A stretch of DNA of 63,207 nucleotides, filler included, from Choristocarpus tenellus KU-1152 (lineage: Eukaryota; Protista; Phaeophyceae), in the NCBI GenBank assembly GCA_964200185.2. It is 14 parts of 14 records of this genome, joined end to end, with 100 filler letters (N's around TTAATTAATTAA, not from the genome) between each part and the next. Parts side by side here need not be neighbours in the genome. Positions count along the whole stretch, not along the records: positions 24,988 to 28,039 come from CAXNAD020022658.1; positions 28,140 to 31,218 come from CAXNAD020022476.1; positions 31,319 to 35,653 come from CAXNAD020015060.1; positions 35,754 to 41,283 come from CAXNAD020010508.1; 10 more parts are not named here. One strand, 5' to 3'. Of this stretch, positions 27,186-39,156 are shown in pieces; position 1 is the stretch's first letter; each line of letters begins with the position of its first letter. The notes under the pieces were generated by a model that did not search any database, was not told the DNA's origin, and worked only from the letters and a program-made list of their open reading frames with translations. Made by a program: the position numbers and the translations under genes.

Positions 27186-27822
27186 AATTGAGAACTAGAC
27201 ATGACATCATCTGGGGGATTACACGCAAACAGAAACTGCTATTTGTGGGTTTCATGATGTGCATGATAGATGATCTTCGCTTGTCAAAGAACTTGATTTT
27301 AGGTTGAAAAGCTTATAACCTATCAACCGAATGGGGGGGCGATGAGAGGACCGACGAAAAGGTGATAGTGGCACCTCCGAGATGGCCGTTTATGTTTCAG
27401 CGTCCCAGCTGAAAAGCAGGGTTTACTTGCAGAATATTTTTGTTGACGATCGACGGTCAGGTCCACTTCTATGTCTAGGAATGGTGTTGGTATTACCGCA
27501 CTAACCAGCAACAAGTCAAGAGACCAGATTGTCTCAACAAACAGCGACAATAGTAATGGCAACAATTTTCCTAAGAACAAATAATCCCGTTCTTTCTAGT
27601 CTGGTGTGGGAGGTTGAGCTCGTGGTAGGTCTAATAGTAAAGTTTGATTCTACCCGAATGAACAGAAAATGAACGGACTTGGTTTCAGGTAATGCGACCC
27701 TATATTGTGGATGACGAGTGACACCTTATAATATTGTTTGTGCTATTATTATGCTCGCAGACATTTTATAGTTGTGATGGAGGGAATAATAGTACCATGT
27801 AAACCAAAGAAATACAACAAAT

Positions 27823-28039
27823 AACAGCCGATTTCAAAAATTGAGGATGGAGCTTTTCATTTAGGATGGACTTGACCCAAAATTGACTGTGATGAAGTGT
27901 CGATATGTTTTTTTTTGTATTGATTTGTATTGATTTTTTGGTATTGATTTGATCAATACAAAAAAAACATATTGACACTTCATCCCAGTCAATTTTGGGT
28001 CAAGCAAATAATAAATGAAAAGCTCAATCATCAATTTTT
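27823..28039. mobile_element. Foldback (long inverted repeat) element; a second partial copy at 5449-5516
   Basis: AACAGCCGATTTCAAAAATT...CTTGACCCAAAATTGACTG...GATGAAGTGTC is mirrored by GACACTTCATC...CAGTCAATTTTGGGTCAAG.... The copy at 5449-5516 ends in AAATCGGCTGTT and abuts a family A fragment. Confidence 0.75.
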
Positions 28040-28139
28040 NNNNNNNNNNNNNNNNNNNNNNNNNNNNNNNNNNNNNNNNNNNNTTAATTAATTAANNNNN
28101 NNNNNNNNNNNNNNNNNNNNNNNNNNNNNNNNNNNNNNN

Positions 28140-31100
28140 AGCCATTATGAAGGGAAAAATATGACATAGACGTCGTTGATTCCTTATCGGGCAGTGGGGC
28201 AACGTTGGGGGCCTGCAAATACCTGAAATATGGTTCAAACTCGGATTCCTGCTCCTTGCACAATTGCTCCGGGTCTACTGAAGGAAACACGGTATGGAAC
28301 TAGTAAATAGTTCACGATCACTTTGGAAGGGCGTTTCTTGGTCAAGGTTAGAAGCAGATAACTCATATTCCTTTGAACGAGTCAACGTATCTTAGAGGGT
28401 AGAGCCTCATCCATTTGGGGCCAAAATCCAATGTTGCAATTTTGATGTAATTTTGGCTATCATGTTTGTTAGGAGATGTCAACATTCTTCCGCACACACC
28501 TTCTAATAATGTAAACATTTTTCCTACTCCGGAACATCTTGGAGTAGGTAAAATGTCATTAAAAACCCCTGGGAAGTCAAGGCCCAAATGGACAAACAGG
28601 GCAGAAATCATACCCTCTAAGATACTTTCGCTCGAACACGTGTGGTAAATGCACGACTACCTTCAGGCACATCACGACAGATTGGTGCCAGCATTGGAGC
28701 AACGTATTTCTCCTGTTCCTCGAACTTGAAAATACGAGATAGAGTATCAGGGATAACATTGAGTTTACCGGGCTTGTGTTTGACTGTGAAATCATAAGCT
28801 TGAAGAGCAATAGCCCAACGGGTAAGCATGTTACTGGTATTCTACATTCTATACAAGTAACACAATGCGGCATGATCTGTGATGCAGGTAAAGTGTCTAC
28901 CCCAAAGATATGGTCGCCAATGAGTGATGGCTGTAACGACTGCACATAGCACTCTATTAATGTAGCTGAATAATGACGTTGAGCTTCATTAAATTTCTTG
29001 CTGAAGTATGAAATGATACCTAGGTCTGCAGGATTATCGGATCGAGGTTGTGCTAAAAAACCTCCAGTACTACTCTCATTGGCATCAACTTGGACGATCA
29101 ATTCTTTGGTAAAGTTAGGAAACACGAGAACCGGGGTAGCAGTGAGTAATTGTTTTACTTAAAAAAATGCCACATCCTGGTCCAATCCCCATTCTTTATC
29201 CACTCTCTTATTGACACCTTTCTTAGTGAGAAGAACTAACGGTTCGATTACTGTGGCTAAGTTGGGTATGAATTTACGCACAAAATTTATCATACCTAGG
29301 ACAGATCGAAGTTCTTTGATGGTGGTGGGTTTGGGTAATTCAGTGATTGCACGGACACGATCCTCCCCGATACGAATCCCTTCAGACGATAAAATGTGAC
29401 CAAGGTAACGTACTTCTTTGGGTCCAAACTGGATCTTTTACGGTTTCAAAGTTAAACCTGCTGCTTGTAACGCTTTGAACTGCTGTTCTAGTAAGTGTAT
29501 ATGTCCTTCCCATGTGGGAGAACAAGCAATCAGATCATCCATGTAAACTAGCAACCCACTCAATGGACCAAAGTTGGCAAAGGCTAAGGACATGATTCTT
29601 TGAAATTGCCAAGGGGCATTTGATATCCCAAAGGGCATCCTCTTAAAAACGTATTTTCCTCTGGACGTGACAAAAGCGGTTTTATCTCAATGTCATCCTC
29701 AGCAACAGGAATCTGCCAATATGCACTCACAGAACACGAAGGAGTTGTACTTGTATCACGTACTTGAGTGGGGCTCCTTGTCATGTGATGTCTTGCTGAA
29801 ATGGTACACGAACTGTTGTGAAATGAAAGACGTTGTTCTTGCCAATCAAGGATTGCACCGAAGGCCTGCATAACACTATTGTCAAGCAGAATTTTATCGG
29901 GACCAAGTTGGGGAATCACTAAAGCTTCAACTGGCAATGTGGTGTCACCAAGTGCAGGTGCAAAACGAATAAATCCACGAATCTGCAAAGGTGAACCATT
30001 TGATGCATGTAGATTTATTGCACCAGGTGGGACAGGATGCACATCAAAACGTTTCAGTTGAGGGTGATTTTGAACAAATATTTCAGAAATACATGGTACA
30101 TCACTGGCTGTGTCAATTCTCAAGTCATTTTCCTCTTGTTCTTCAACGGTGCCATATACACAAACTCTTTGTGATGAAAACGACAAAGGTTTGGGCATGG
30201 ATGGGTATCTGCACAAAGAACTGTTGAACCAAGTGTCATTATTGTTACACGAGTTTGGTTGAACTAATGGTCAAGAAAAATGCTTAGTGACACGCGTGCA
30301 GGCAATAAACGATGCCTGCGGGGCAAGAGGTACGACTGGCATCAACCTCTTACGCTTGCCACTCCCTACGATGGTGTCAACAACGACACCATGGCTGTTC
30401 CCAAGTGGACAGGAGTCAAATCCACCTGAGCATCCCTAGGGACGCGGACCGTAATGGCCAGGTGTTGACTCACTGTCCTCATGAATACGAACACGACTGC
30501 CACGACCCCTGCCTCTACGACACAAGTATGGGTTCCGAGCACCCCGTGGATTGTCCAGGCACGACTGAGTTGTGTGACCCTCACGAGTCGCTGCCTGACA
30601 ACCCGGGTACTGGCACACACTATTTTGCTGATCCATGGTGTACGTCAAACTGGACGGTGAGGCTGAGTAGGGCGACGTGTCATGGGGTCGTGTTGGCCTG
30701 TCAAAGTGCACGGCTGAGGGAGGTGGACCCGCCGACGACCGAGCTGGTGCCCTGTTTAGGGTTGCCTCCCCTGCTCGGTGACGTTCCACCTCGGTACGTA
30801 TCCTTTGGCATTCACGTTGCGATTGCTCAAGTTCGCTACGAGGAACCTGTCCGCGACGAGAATTGTGAGTAACAGCACTTGTGTAAGTCATGGGGTTGGG
30901 GTTATGGTCACACAAATGGTTAGCTTCATGCCGTTTGGCACGGTCACGAGCTTGTGCAAACGAGGTGGCAGGTTCGTCCCGAATCTATTCCAGACGAATC
31001 GCAGGGAGTAAGCCATCTTCCATCAGTGTAATCTTCAGTTGCTCGACAAGCAAAGCTTTTGTGTCAACTGCATCTGAGGATGACGTTGTTCGATGAACAT

Positions 31101-31200
31101 CATCCAGAAAACGATTCATTGCTGCGGTGTAACGTAAAGTATACTGATCAACGGATTCATGTTCGTAGATAGTGCTGCTGATACACTATAGACACCACTG
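28140..31200 (-). mobile_element. Degenerate Ty3/Gypsy retrotransposon (gag, protease, partial RT, RNase H)
   Basis: Protease LRIDTASDVPCIS...LVIPQLGPDKILLDN; RT MPFGISNAPWQFQRIMS...VYMDDLI; RNase H LIVQVDANESSTGGFLAQ...ISYFSKKFNEAQRHYSAT; LTRWAIALQAYDFTVKHKPGKLNVIPDTLSR. There are several stops and frameshifts, and the RT N-terminus is deleted near 29720. Confidence 0.92.
28379..28633 (+). mobile_element. MITE family A, full copy inserted in a Gypsy relic
   Basis: TIRs GAGTCAACGTATCTTAGAGGGTA / TACCCTCTAAGATACTTTCGCTC; 4-bp TSD GAAC (28375-28378, 28634-28637). Confidence 0.9.
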
Positions 31201-31556
31201 GTGGATTATGTGATAGGGNNNNNNNNNNNNNNNNNNNNNNNNNNNNNNNNNNNNNNNNNNNNTTAATTAATTAANNNNNNNNNNNNNNNNNNNNNNNNNN
31301 NNNNNNNNNNNNNNNNNNAAAAAGCACGGGAAGCCAAGTCCCAAACGGACAAACAGGGCAAAATTCGTACCCTCTAAGATACTTTCACTCTATTTGCTCT
31401 TTCGTAACACACGATGAAAGCTTGCTTGATCCTGTCTTCCGCGTTCTCAGTCAAGTTATTGGTCAGCCTGCCTTCGAGAGATCTTGTAGGGGTGTTCTTC
31501 GAGTGTTCCTTCTCAATAACTCCTCACTTGCCCACACAACCAACATTTTTAATTAG

Positions 31557-34500
31557 GAGCTATACAAGGATTTTTGCAAAGAGGCAATACGGATGTATCC
31601 TGACGACCCTTCCAAGCGGGTAAGCAGGGCGCACTTCCTCCGATTGCTCAGAGAGGACAGGCCCAACATCAGGGTGAGGGTAAGAGGCGAGTTTATGAAA
31701 TGTGACATATGTGTCATGTTAAAAGAGAAGCGGCACGGTGCACCTAGTGTAAAACCCACGAACGACTCCACCATCCTCGAGTCCATCGATAAGGAGCTGT
31801 CACACCATCGAGAGGTAGGTGTTCAGCGTTAATTTTGCAACAAGCGCACAGTGACGAAAGGTCGCCGTCATTGCCCTCCATTGGGGAGAATATCTGTTGA
31901 CTTTTGTGAATGAAGACTCCCACGCAGGTGCTTATGGCAGCAGCAGCAGCCTCACTCACTGCAAAAATGTTGTTATTAGCTGCCCAAACACCTTGTATGA
32001 TAGACTGCTTCCTGGTCGTCTACAACGGGCTGTGGGAGGGACAGGTATGTAGCGGTCTTCCGGCCCCGTACGTACGTACTTCATACCATCCCGATAATAC
32101 TGTGTTTGTTTTGAACGCAGCAATAAAAAACATATCCAAAGACAAACCTTTATTGTTACCTAAACTCCATTTTTGTTACTAACCTGAAACGTGTTAACAA
32201 GTGGCCATTTTTTTACAACTCTGAGCAGATTTATTTGATTTACAGACGTGATGGTTGCTCTCCCCCATTCGCCAGATTATCCAAGCGGATCGGCTGGTCA
32301 TCGCCAACAGCATCAGCAGTGCCATGCGGGCCAAAGCCGACGGCAAACCTCTCGGCTTCGTGTTCATGTCCGTAGATGCCGCGAACCAGACAGCACACGC
32401 CCTCCCAGCACTTTACCCACCTACCCACGGCGGTGACAGGTAACCACACGCACGCATAGTCCATCTGACAATAAGTTTGCAGCCGCACGCGGAACAGAAT
32501 AGACGACCCTGTTTTATTCTACGAATGAGTGCAAAGTCCCAAGAAATAACCGCCAAAACAGACGCACATAATTCCATCACCTATTCCGTTCATCATGATG
32601 ACGACGCACCGTAGAACCTTTTATTACACGTTTCTTTGGTTCATGTCCTTCTTATCAGGGGCTACTCCGAGCGCCAGAAGATCATGGCCACACATGTCGA
32701 AGGCCAGTTTGCGGAGGTGTTCTTCACTCCTATCAATATTGGAGGAGGTACGCATTGTGGGTCCTGGCAAACAATCACATGACTGAATAGACGCTGGTTG
32801 CGCACGCACCACTTGATTTGCCGTCGTGGCGAGTGGACTTGCCGTAGGTTAGATACAGGAGGACGAGTACATCCTTACACAATGTGCCTACAGATACCGC
32901 AGGCCTAGTGAACAGTCGATTAACTGATGATGCACTGTGCTCCCCTGCCCTCCTACGCCTCAGCTTAGGGTTAGGGCGAGAGGAGTGTGAGAGCTAATCA
33001 ACGAGGAGGAAAACCCACAGACAAGTATATCAGCCATTCGGGTGTATGTGCTCTACATTGCAAAAATAAATTCCGATTAAACAATTGCATAAGTAAGCAG
33101 AGTACTATTTGCCAACTAATAACGGACATCATTGTTTGCGCAGGTTGTAACCTTGTCTGCACAGCCACCCACCTTGCCCTCACAAGGCTTATCGAAAAGT
33201 ACCACAACAGCCTCGATCACGCGAAGTGTTGCATCATCCAGCACGCGCATTGTCAGGTAAGAAAGTTTCATCTTGACACGACTACTCAACATATACTCGC
33301 TGAATACCGGTCACCAAGTAACTCACTGCACGGTCTTTAGTTTTGGTTTGTGTGTTGCACCCTGCATGTATGATGGCGGTGATGTAGAGCTTGTGCTCTA
33401 GCAGTACTGGAAACATACCCTGTTCCTCCACGAAACGCGGCGAAATGGGCTGACATATCGGCCTCACGCCTATCCCTCCCTCGCTCCCAACTCCCCAAAC
33501 TGGCTAGATCGACAACTGCGTCTCAGAGAACAAGAACAATTTCTTTCTCGGATATGCAGGGCTGTTGGTCGCGGCGAGTGTCATTCGTGTGGTCGAGATA
33601 TATTTTATGATGGTGGGGCACACGCTCATCAAAATGGATCAGATCTTCTCCAGGTAATTAGGCAAGATATACAAGTGCGATAGCCACATAGTGTTTTGAT
33701 ACAGACAGATACTGCCTTTGAGGCTTGCAGCTCACGCTTCTTGCATCCATGGAAGGTTTATGGCCATACACTGTAATTGATTGATTGGCTTTTGATTTTC
33801 CCACAACAAAATTGAACGATAAGAGCAGCTGCCAAACTGTTTCGTAACCTACTCTCGAAACAAAACACCAAAAAATGTACGCATCACCCCTTTTTATATC
33901 TATACTTCCATATACATGCATCGGAGCATGTGCCTGCATATATATCTTGCTTCTCCACTTCGTTTCTTTCGCCCCCTCGTCAAAATTAACTTGCGTACAT
34001 TTCACCTTCAGGTTCTCACGTGGTATAAAAGGGAAGAACATATTCACAAGAACACAGCTGGGTGAAGAGCTGCAGGCCTCTTACACGGAGGTTCCAGTCT
34101 ACTGCAAGACCCTACGGAACGAGGGAAACTTTCAAGGGATTCCTTCGCGGTCGCGTCAACCGTGTCCCCAATATCACAAGCTACAGGGCTTTTCGCGTTT
34201 AAAAAGGCGGTGATGGCGGGTGAAGGTTAGCGTAAAGCAATACATGCACAGCACCGAATGGAGTGGGATAGGCGGAGACCTTGCTATCGACTCCAACGCC
34301 CCTCCGCACAACCTCTTCATCGGCTACCCGCCTCGTCTCCAAGGTGCATCACCCTACCAGCTCAAGAGCGTTCCCGAACACATCATCCTGAAGGTGGAGC
34401 AGCGGTACCAGGCGTCGCACGAGCACCTCACTGCTGTGTACCCACTGGGTAGGTAGATTTTTTCGTGAGGGGAGTTGATGGCTAATTTTTGTATTCGGTG

Positions 34501-35624
34501 GCAGCCAAAACATTTGGTGCAACTTCTGTACGAGGCAGCCTTTACAGCCTTTACAAAAGAGTGAAAGTATCTTAGAGGGTACGAGTTTTGCCCTGTTTGT
34601 CCATTTGGGGCTTGGCTTCCCATGGGCTTTTTATAACATTTTCCTTCTCTAAAATGTTTCGGAGTGAGTAAAATGTGTATATTATTTAAAGGTGTGTCCA
34701 GAACATCGACATTGACACTTCCTAACACACACAATAGCCAAAATTACATCAAAATTGCAACATTGGACTTTGGCCCCCAACTGGACGCGGCTCTACCCTC
34801 TAAGATACTTTGGCTCAAAACAATCTTGAAAAATATTCCATTTTCATGTGTAGTGATCGTTGCATGTTACAGTAAAAAGTACTACAGATTACCCCCGATA
34901 AGTGTTTTGAGCGTACCGGTCTTGTACTCAACAGACACGAATCCGACGAAATATACATTCTCTCTCTCACTGCATGTTCCCTGAGCGCATTCGTGAAACC
35001 TCACGCCTGGTAACAAAGTAACATTCATGCTTCCATACCGTTGATGTTCTCGTGCTCATGGATTCCACCTTCATACACGATGAAGCCGTTCAGAGAGCGA
35101 AAGACGATCAAAGCGAGTCTGTGCGGCTTCTCAAGAAGACAGGGGAACGAAAGTTGGACCTCCCAGTCCATTGGCTTCCCGCCGATGACGATGGTGCTGG
35201 AACTGGTACCAGTGACGTTAAAGACACTGACCAGGACGAACGTTCGGGTGGAGGAGATAATCTCATTGGCGGTGACAATGATTTCGGCGGGCTAGAGGAA
35301 ACAGACTCTTCCTCATCGGACAGTGACAAGGAAGAAGCTGGCTTCTATCGATGGGGTTGGCCTCGTGCTACCTTGACATCGGTGAACCATGGAAACCTCG
35401 TCTCCGTGCAGGAAGGCAGATTTGCCTTTTTTGTGTCAACAGAGGTGCCGCTCTTGGTGAGCAAGATCCAAGAGGAGCACGTCGGCGAGGATGGGGAGAG
35501 TGGGGTGGATCTTCACTGGCTTCAGTCGACCAGTGACCACACACGTGACAACGCCGCGTTAATGACCCTTGATCAGTACGGGAAAAGTAGTTTTGTAGAA
35601 GGCTACATACACGCTGGTGATTGA
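31557..35624 (+). pseudogene. Intron-containing Sola-type (DDD) transposase, disrupted
   Basis: In-phase exons 31557-31814, 32276-32439, 32659-32747, 33144-33256, 33508-33653 and 34012-~34448, plus an acidic/C-terminal segment ~35050-35624. Motifs: FMKCDIC, FMSVDAANQ...LP (D1 at 32375), GGGCN, HCQIDNCVSENKN (D2 at 33511), FMMVGHTLIKMDQIFS (D3 at 33637). There is an in-frame TGA at 34211-34213, probable compensating frameshifts at ~34130 and ~34218, and GHTH is changed to GHTL. Confidence 0.8.
34559..34816 (-). mobile_element. MITE family A, full copy within an intron of the Sola-like transposase
   Basis: Same TIRs in the opposite orientation; TSD AAAA on both sides. Confidence 0.9.
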
Positions 35625-36074
35625 TCCGGGTGAACTGGGAAACAGAAGCAGGTNNNNNNNNNNNNNNNNNNNNNNNNNNNNNNNNNNNNNNNNNNNNTTA
35701 ATTAATTAANNNNNNNNNNNNNNNNNNNNNNNNNNNNNNNNNNNNNNNNNNNNGTCGGGTGGGGTTTTTGAGTTCCCTTTTCCTTGTTTCGGCTTTGGAG
35801 GGGGGCCCCGGCGGTCCCCCCCCCCCCCCCCCCCCCCTCTCCCCCCCCCTCCCACAGATACTTCGAGCCTCTCTGGAGTGGTACGTAGTAGGGCAGTTAC
35901 AGGGGGGTTCACAGGTAAAAAAAAAGGACAAAAAATGACAACTAAGGAGTAAATTTTCAAGTAAGTAGCTACGGCAAGATGGGAAATGATGTGCTGATAC
36001 CAATGGGACAGCAGTAGCTGTGTTGGTTAGGGTTACAGGATAATTGGGATGGTAGTTAAGAGCACCGTCAGGGT

Positions 36075-36325
36075 GGCAGTTACAACACAGTTGGAAATGA
36101 AGTTGCAACACAATTAGAATGGCAGTTGCAACAAAGTTAGAACGCCAATTACGACACAGTTAGAATAACAGAACACGATTACAACGGCAGTTACAACACA
36201 GTTGGAATGGCAGTTGCAACACAATGAGAAGCGCAGTTGTAACACCACTAGAATGGAAATTAGAACACAATTAGAATGGCAGTAGGCAACACAGCTAGAA
36301 TAGCAATATGGCAACATACAGTTAC
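36075..36325. repeat. Degenerate ~22-bp minisatellite (GGCAGTTRCAACACAGTTRGAAT), downstream of the last visible exon of the minus-strand gene (probably intronic)
   Basis: About 11 diverged units. Confidence 0.8.
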
Positions 36326-36422
36326 TAAGTTACACCGTTAACCCCATCCCGATATCTTGCAGCTGCCTCTGCCTTTTGGACCTCACAGGGTTAGGGTTCA
36401 AGTCCTGAGGTTTCGTTCTCAC

Positions 36423-39000
36423 ATGGTAGGCGTGTGTGGTCGGGTTGGGTAAGGGCTGGCCACCATACCGAACTCCAGAACCTATCCTCTGAGGTGGTGG
36501 TGGACCAAGAACACCAACGGAGGCAGGACCATACCGGGTGCACCCTGAAGGACCAGAGGAGGAATGAGGACCAGGACCAGGGGGAGGAGTGGCGGTACTG
36601 GCCCTTCCCCAAACATTATCCTGGGCACCACCATGACTGTGTCCACTCGGAGGTGGCCCCCCGGCCCTTCCACTAGTGCTTGGAGTCTGCAGGACAGGTC
36701 GGGAAAAAAAGTACTCTAAGTCGTAGGTGTTGTAAACGGGCTGGAAATGTTGCTCCTTCCCAGTGGCATCGACATTGATAAATAAGGACATTTGACAAAT
36801 AACACCAAGGTGTACAGGTAACCCTAACCCTAACACTATATACATACATACATACATACATACATGTTCACTACATACAGCGAATAACTGAGTACGACAT
36901 AATGAGACTCACCAAACCGGATGGCTTCAAAGCACAAGAGTAGTTTCAAGCATCTTATCAATATATCTCGATATATATATATATATTTAGTTTATCTGGA
37001 CGAACGATAGACCCTAACCCTGATTACTTCTTAACTATTGACGACTAGAATAAACACGCTGTCTTCCCCCAAAAGAGTTACTAGCACCTCTAACCTTCAC
37101 AGTCAACGGCATGGAAATCAACTCGAATTGAACAATCACAGCCAATCCACTCCCCTCCCTCCGGTTCAAAACACAACATAAACACAGCATAAACACAGCA
37201 TGCATGAACTGCATATACCACGGTGTCGTCACTGCAGTTACCTTCGAACCGGTGTATAACATACAACGTTCGAAGGTATAAGGTATACCTTCGAACAGCA
37301 GCAGCACCCCCCGCACCTACCCACTCCGGGCTATCATCACTCTTGTCGCGATTATGCTATTAAGTTCGAAGATATACCGATCACACTCCAACATACTACA
37401 AACTGAACCATACAACAAGATAAAAGCGTCACAGGCGGAACAGCGATCCCCTCAAGGCGCTGAGGCTGTGGCGTGGCAATACCTGGCGCGGTTGGTAACC
37501 TTGTGACAGAGGGGCAGTCTGTCCATGAAGAGCAGGGTGCTGAGCTTGTTGAAAGCTCGAACCCCGATACGCATGACTGGAGGCTGCTCCATATCCGGCA
37601 AATCCTCCGGGACTACTCTTCGGGGGACCTAATAACGGATTCCAGGGAGGGATCAGAATTTTTCTTCTTCTTCTTCTTTGAGTGAGAGAGACGCGGGTCA
37701 TAGATCAAGATGAAGGCCGGGGGCAGGGGAGTAGGAAGATACCTCCGAAGAGAGAGAGTGGTTTCAAAACAGGAGACGACCGGATTAGAGTGTGCCCACA
37801 ACAGATGGCAAGAAACACAGCTCTGGTTACAAAGACAACAGGACACATTTCCGCATTTCGTCCCGTTGTTGGTGTGGTTATTTGTGCACGATAAGCCTAT
37901 CTGGAGCAAGTCCCTGCAGTGCAGAGCACTCGCGCTCGAACAGGGGTGAATATCCTTCGCAAAAAAAAACTATGGGCAAAAGGTGAAACAACTATACATC
38001 CAACATATGGCGCCAGTGGCCAGTAAGACTTCGTGAGATTAGCACGAGCATAAAAGCTACAGCGCACAGTACAACTTACCTGAGACAGTGGGTCCTCCCA
38101 TGGTCATTGCTGGTTGGTTTGACAACCTTTGTTGCTGCGGTTGGAACTGCATCCCTGTACTACCCTATCATTGCAGGGTCCGCATCGAGAGCAAAGGGTG
38201 AGAGTGATTTTGCAGTCCAAGACAAGATGCAGCGATTATTTGCTGATCATGCCCTATCTTTTATTGGGAATCCAAGAAGAGAGGCAACAAAAAACTGATA
38301 TGGAGGTACCCACTGCCAACTTCAAGACCTTGCATTTTGCAGTCAAGCGCAGGAAGGTGAAACACGCCTGGTATCTCTGGGATTGAGTTATCTATCTCAC
38401 CTGAGGCTTCTGTCCTGGTGGCATATGCTGTTGTTCAGGTTGTGGCAGTCCAATGCTACGAGGTGGTTTTTGCCCATCCAAGCGCTCAGTTCTCATACCG
38501 CCATCTCCTTGCCACCTCCTGTTTGTTTGTTGAACTGTCCCAGAGACTTCAGCCAAGCGTGGCTCCGCTGAGGAAGAAGCAGGACCAGCAATAAATGTAA
38601 TCCTTTAGCTTATTGATCAGTGTGAAAATTGAGTTCCTCACAGCACATTGCCTGGCTTACCCAAGCTTGTTGTGTTCCCCTTTGGATCCAATGTATAGTC
38701 AAAACCTTTCTTTCCATCGAGATTTTGTTGGTTACCTGACAAGAGCGTGTCACCTTCCCTATTGCTGGTCCCTAAAGGACCCACACCGGATAAAGGCGAC
38801 GGTGTAGTTGGGTATCTCGAGATCGATCGTGCTGAGCTGCCCTGGAGAGAGCCTGACTGAACCAAAGGTTCAACCCACGGACCATGAGGCGGTGTTCCAG
38901 CACGAGAATTTACTCGACCATTTCCCCTCTCTTGCAAAACCTCGGTGGTCGGTTTGGCATTGCTGGATGGTTGGTTGAAGTTAGCCCGTCGTGAAGCCAT
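36423..39000 (-). CDS. Unidentified protein with a long Pro/Gly/Gln/Ser-rich N-terminus, 5' five exons
   Basis: Exons 39000-38736, 38567-38401, 38164-38080, 37628-37483 and 36686-36423 have GT-AG borders and phases 1,0,1,0. They give about 309 open codons (MASRRANFNQPSS...QHMPPGQKPQ...QFQPQQQ...GPPKSSPGGFAGYG...PPPGPGP...HAYH). No folded domain is reached before the contig ends. Confidence 0.7.
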
Positions 39001-39156
39001 GTGTGATACTGATTCTCACTTTTTGAGTTGGTCATGGAATGGCTTCTAAAAAGTACGGAGGCATTTCTTGTTGATGTTCAAACCATCTCACCAAAATTAC
39101 CAAGGTATTCTACACAGACATACTTGACCTGTTCGTCACCATCCTAGTTTCCGTCA
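39001..39156. promoter_or_regulatory. Putative bidirectional promoter
   Basis: 156 bp separate the divergent ATGs at 39000 (-) and 39157 (+). Confidence 0.55.

Noticed and set aside
31319-31389. Family A TIR as the left end of the autonomous Sola element
   Set aside because: It is the right end of a MITE facing away from the transposase, with MITE internal sequence on its left.
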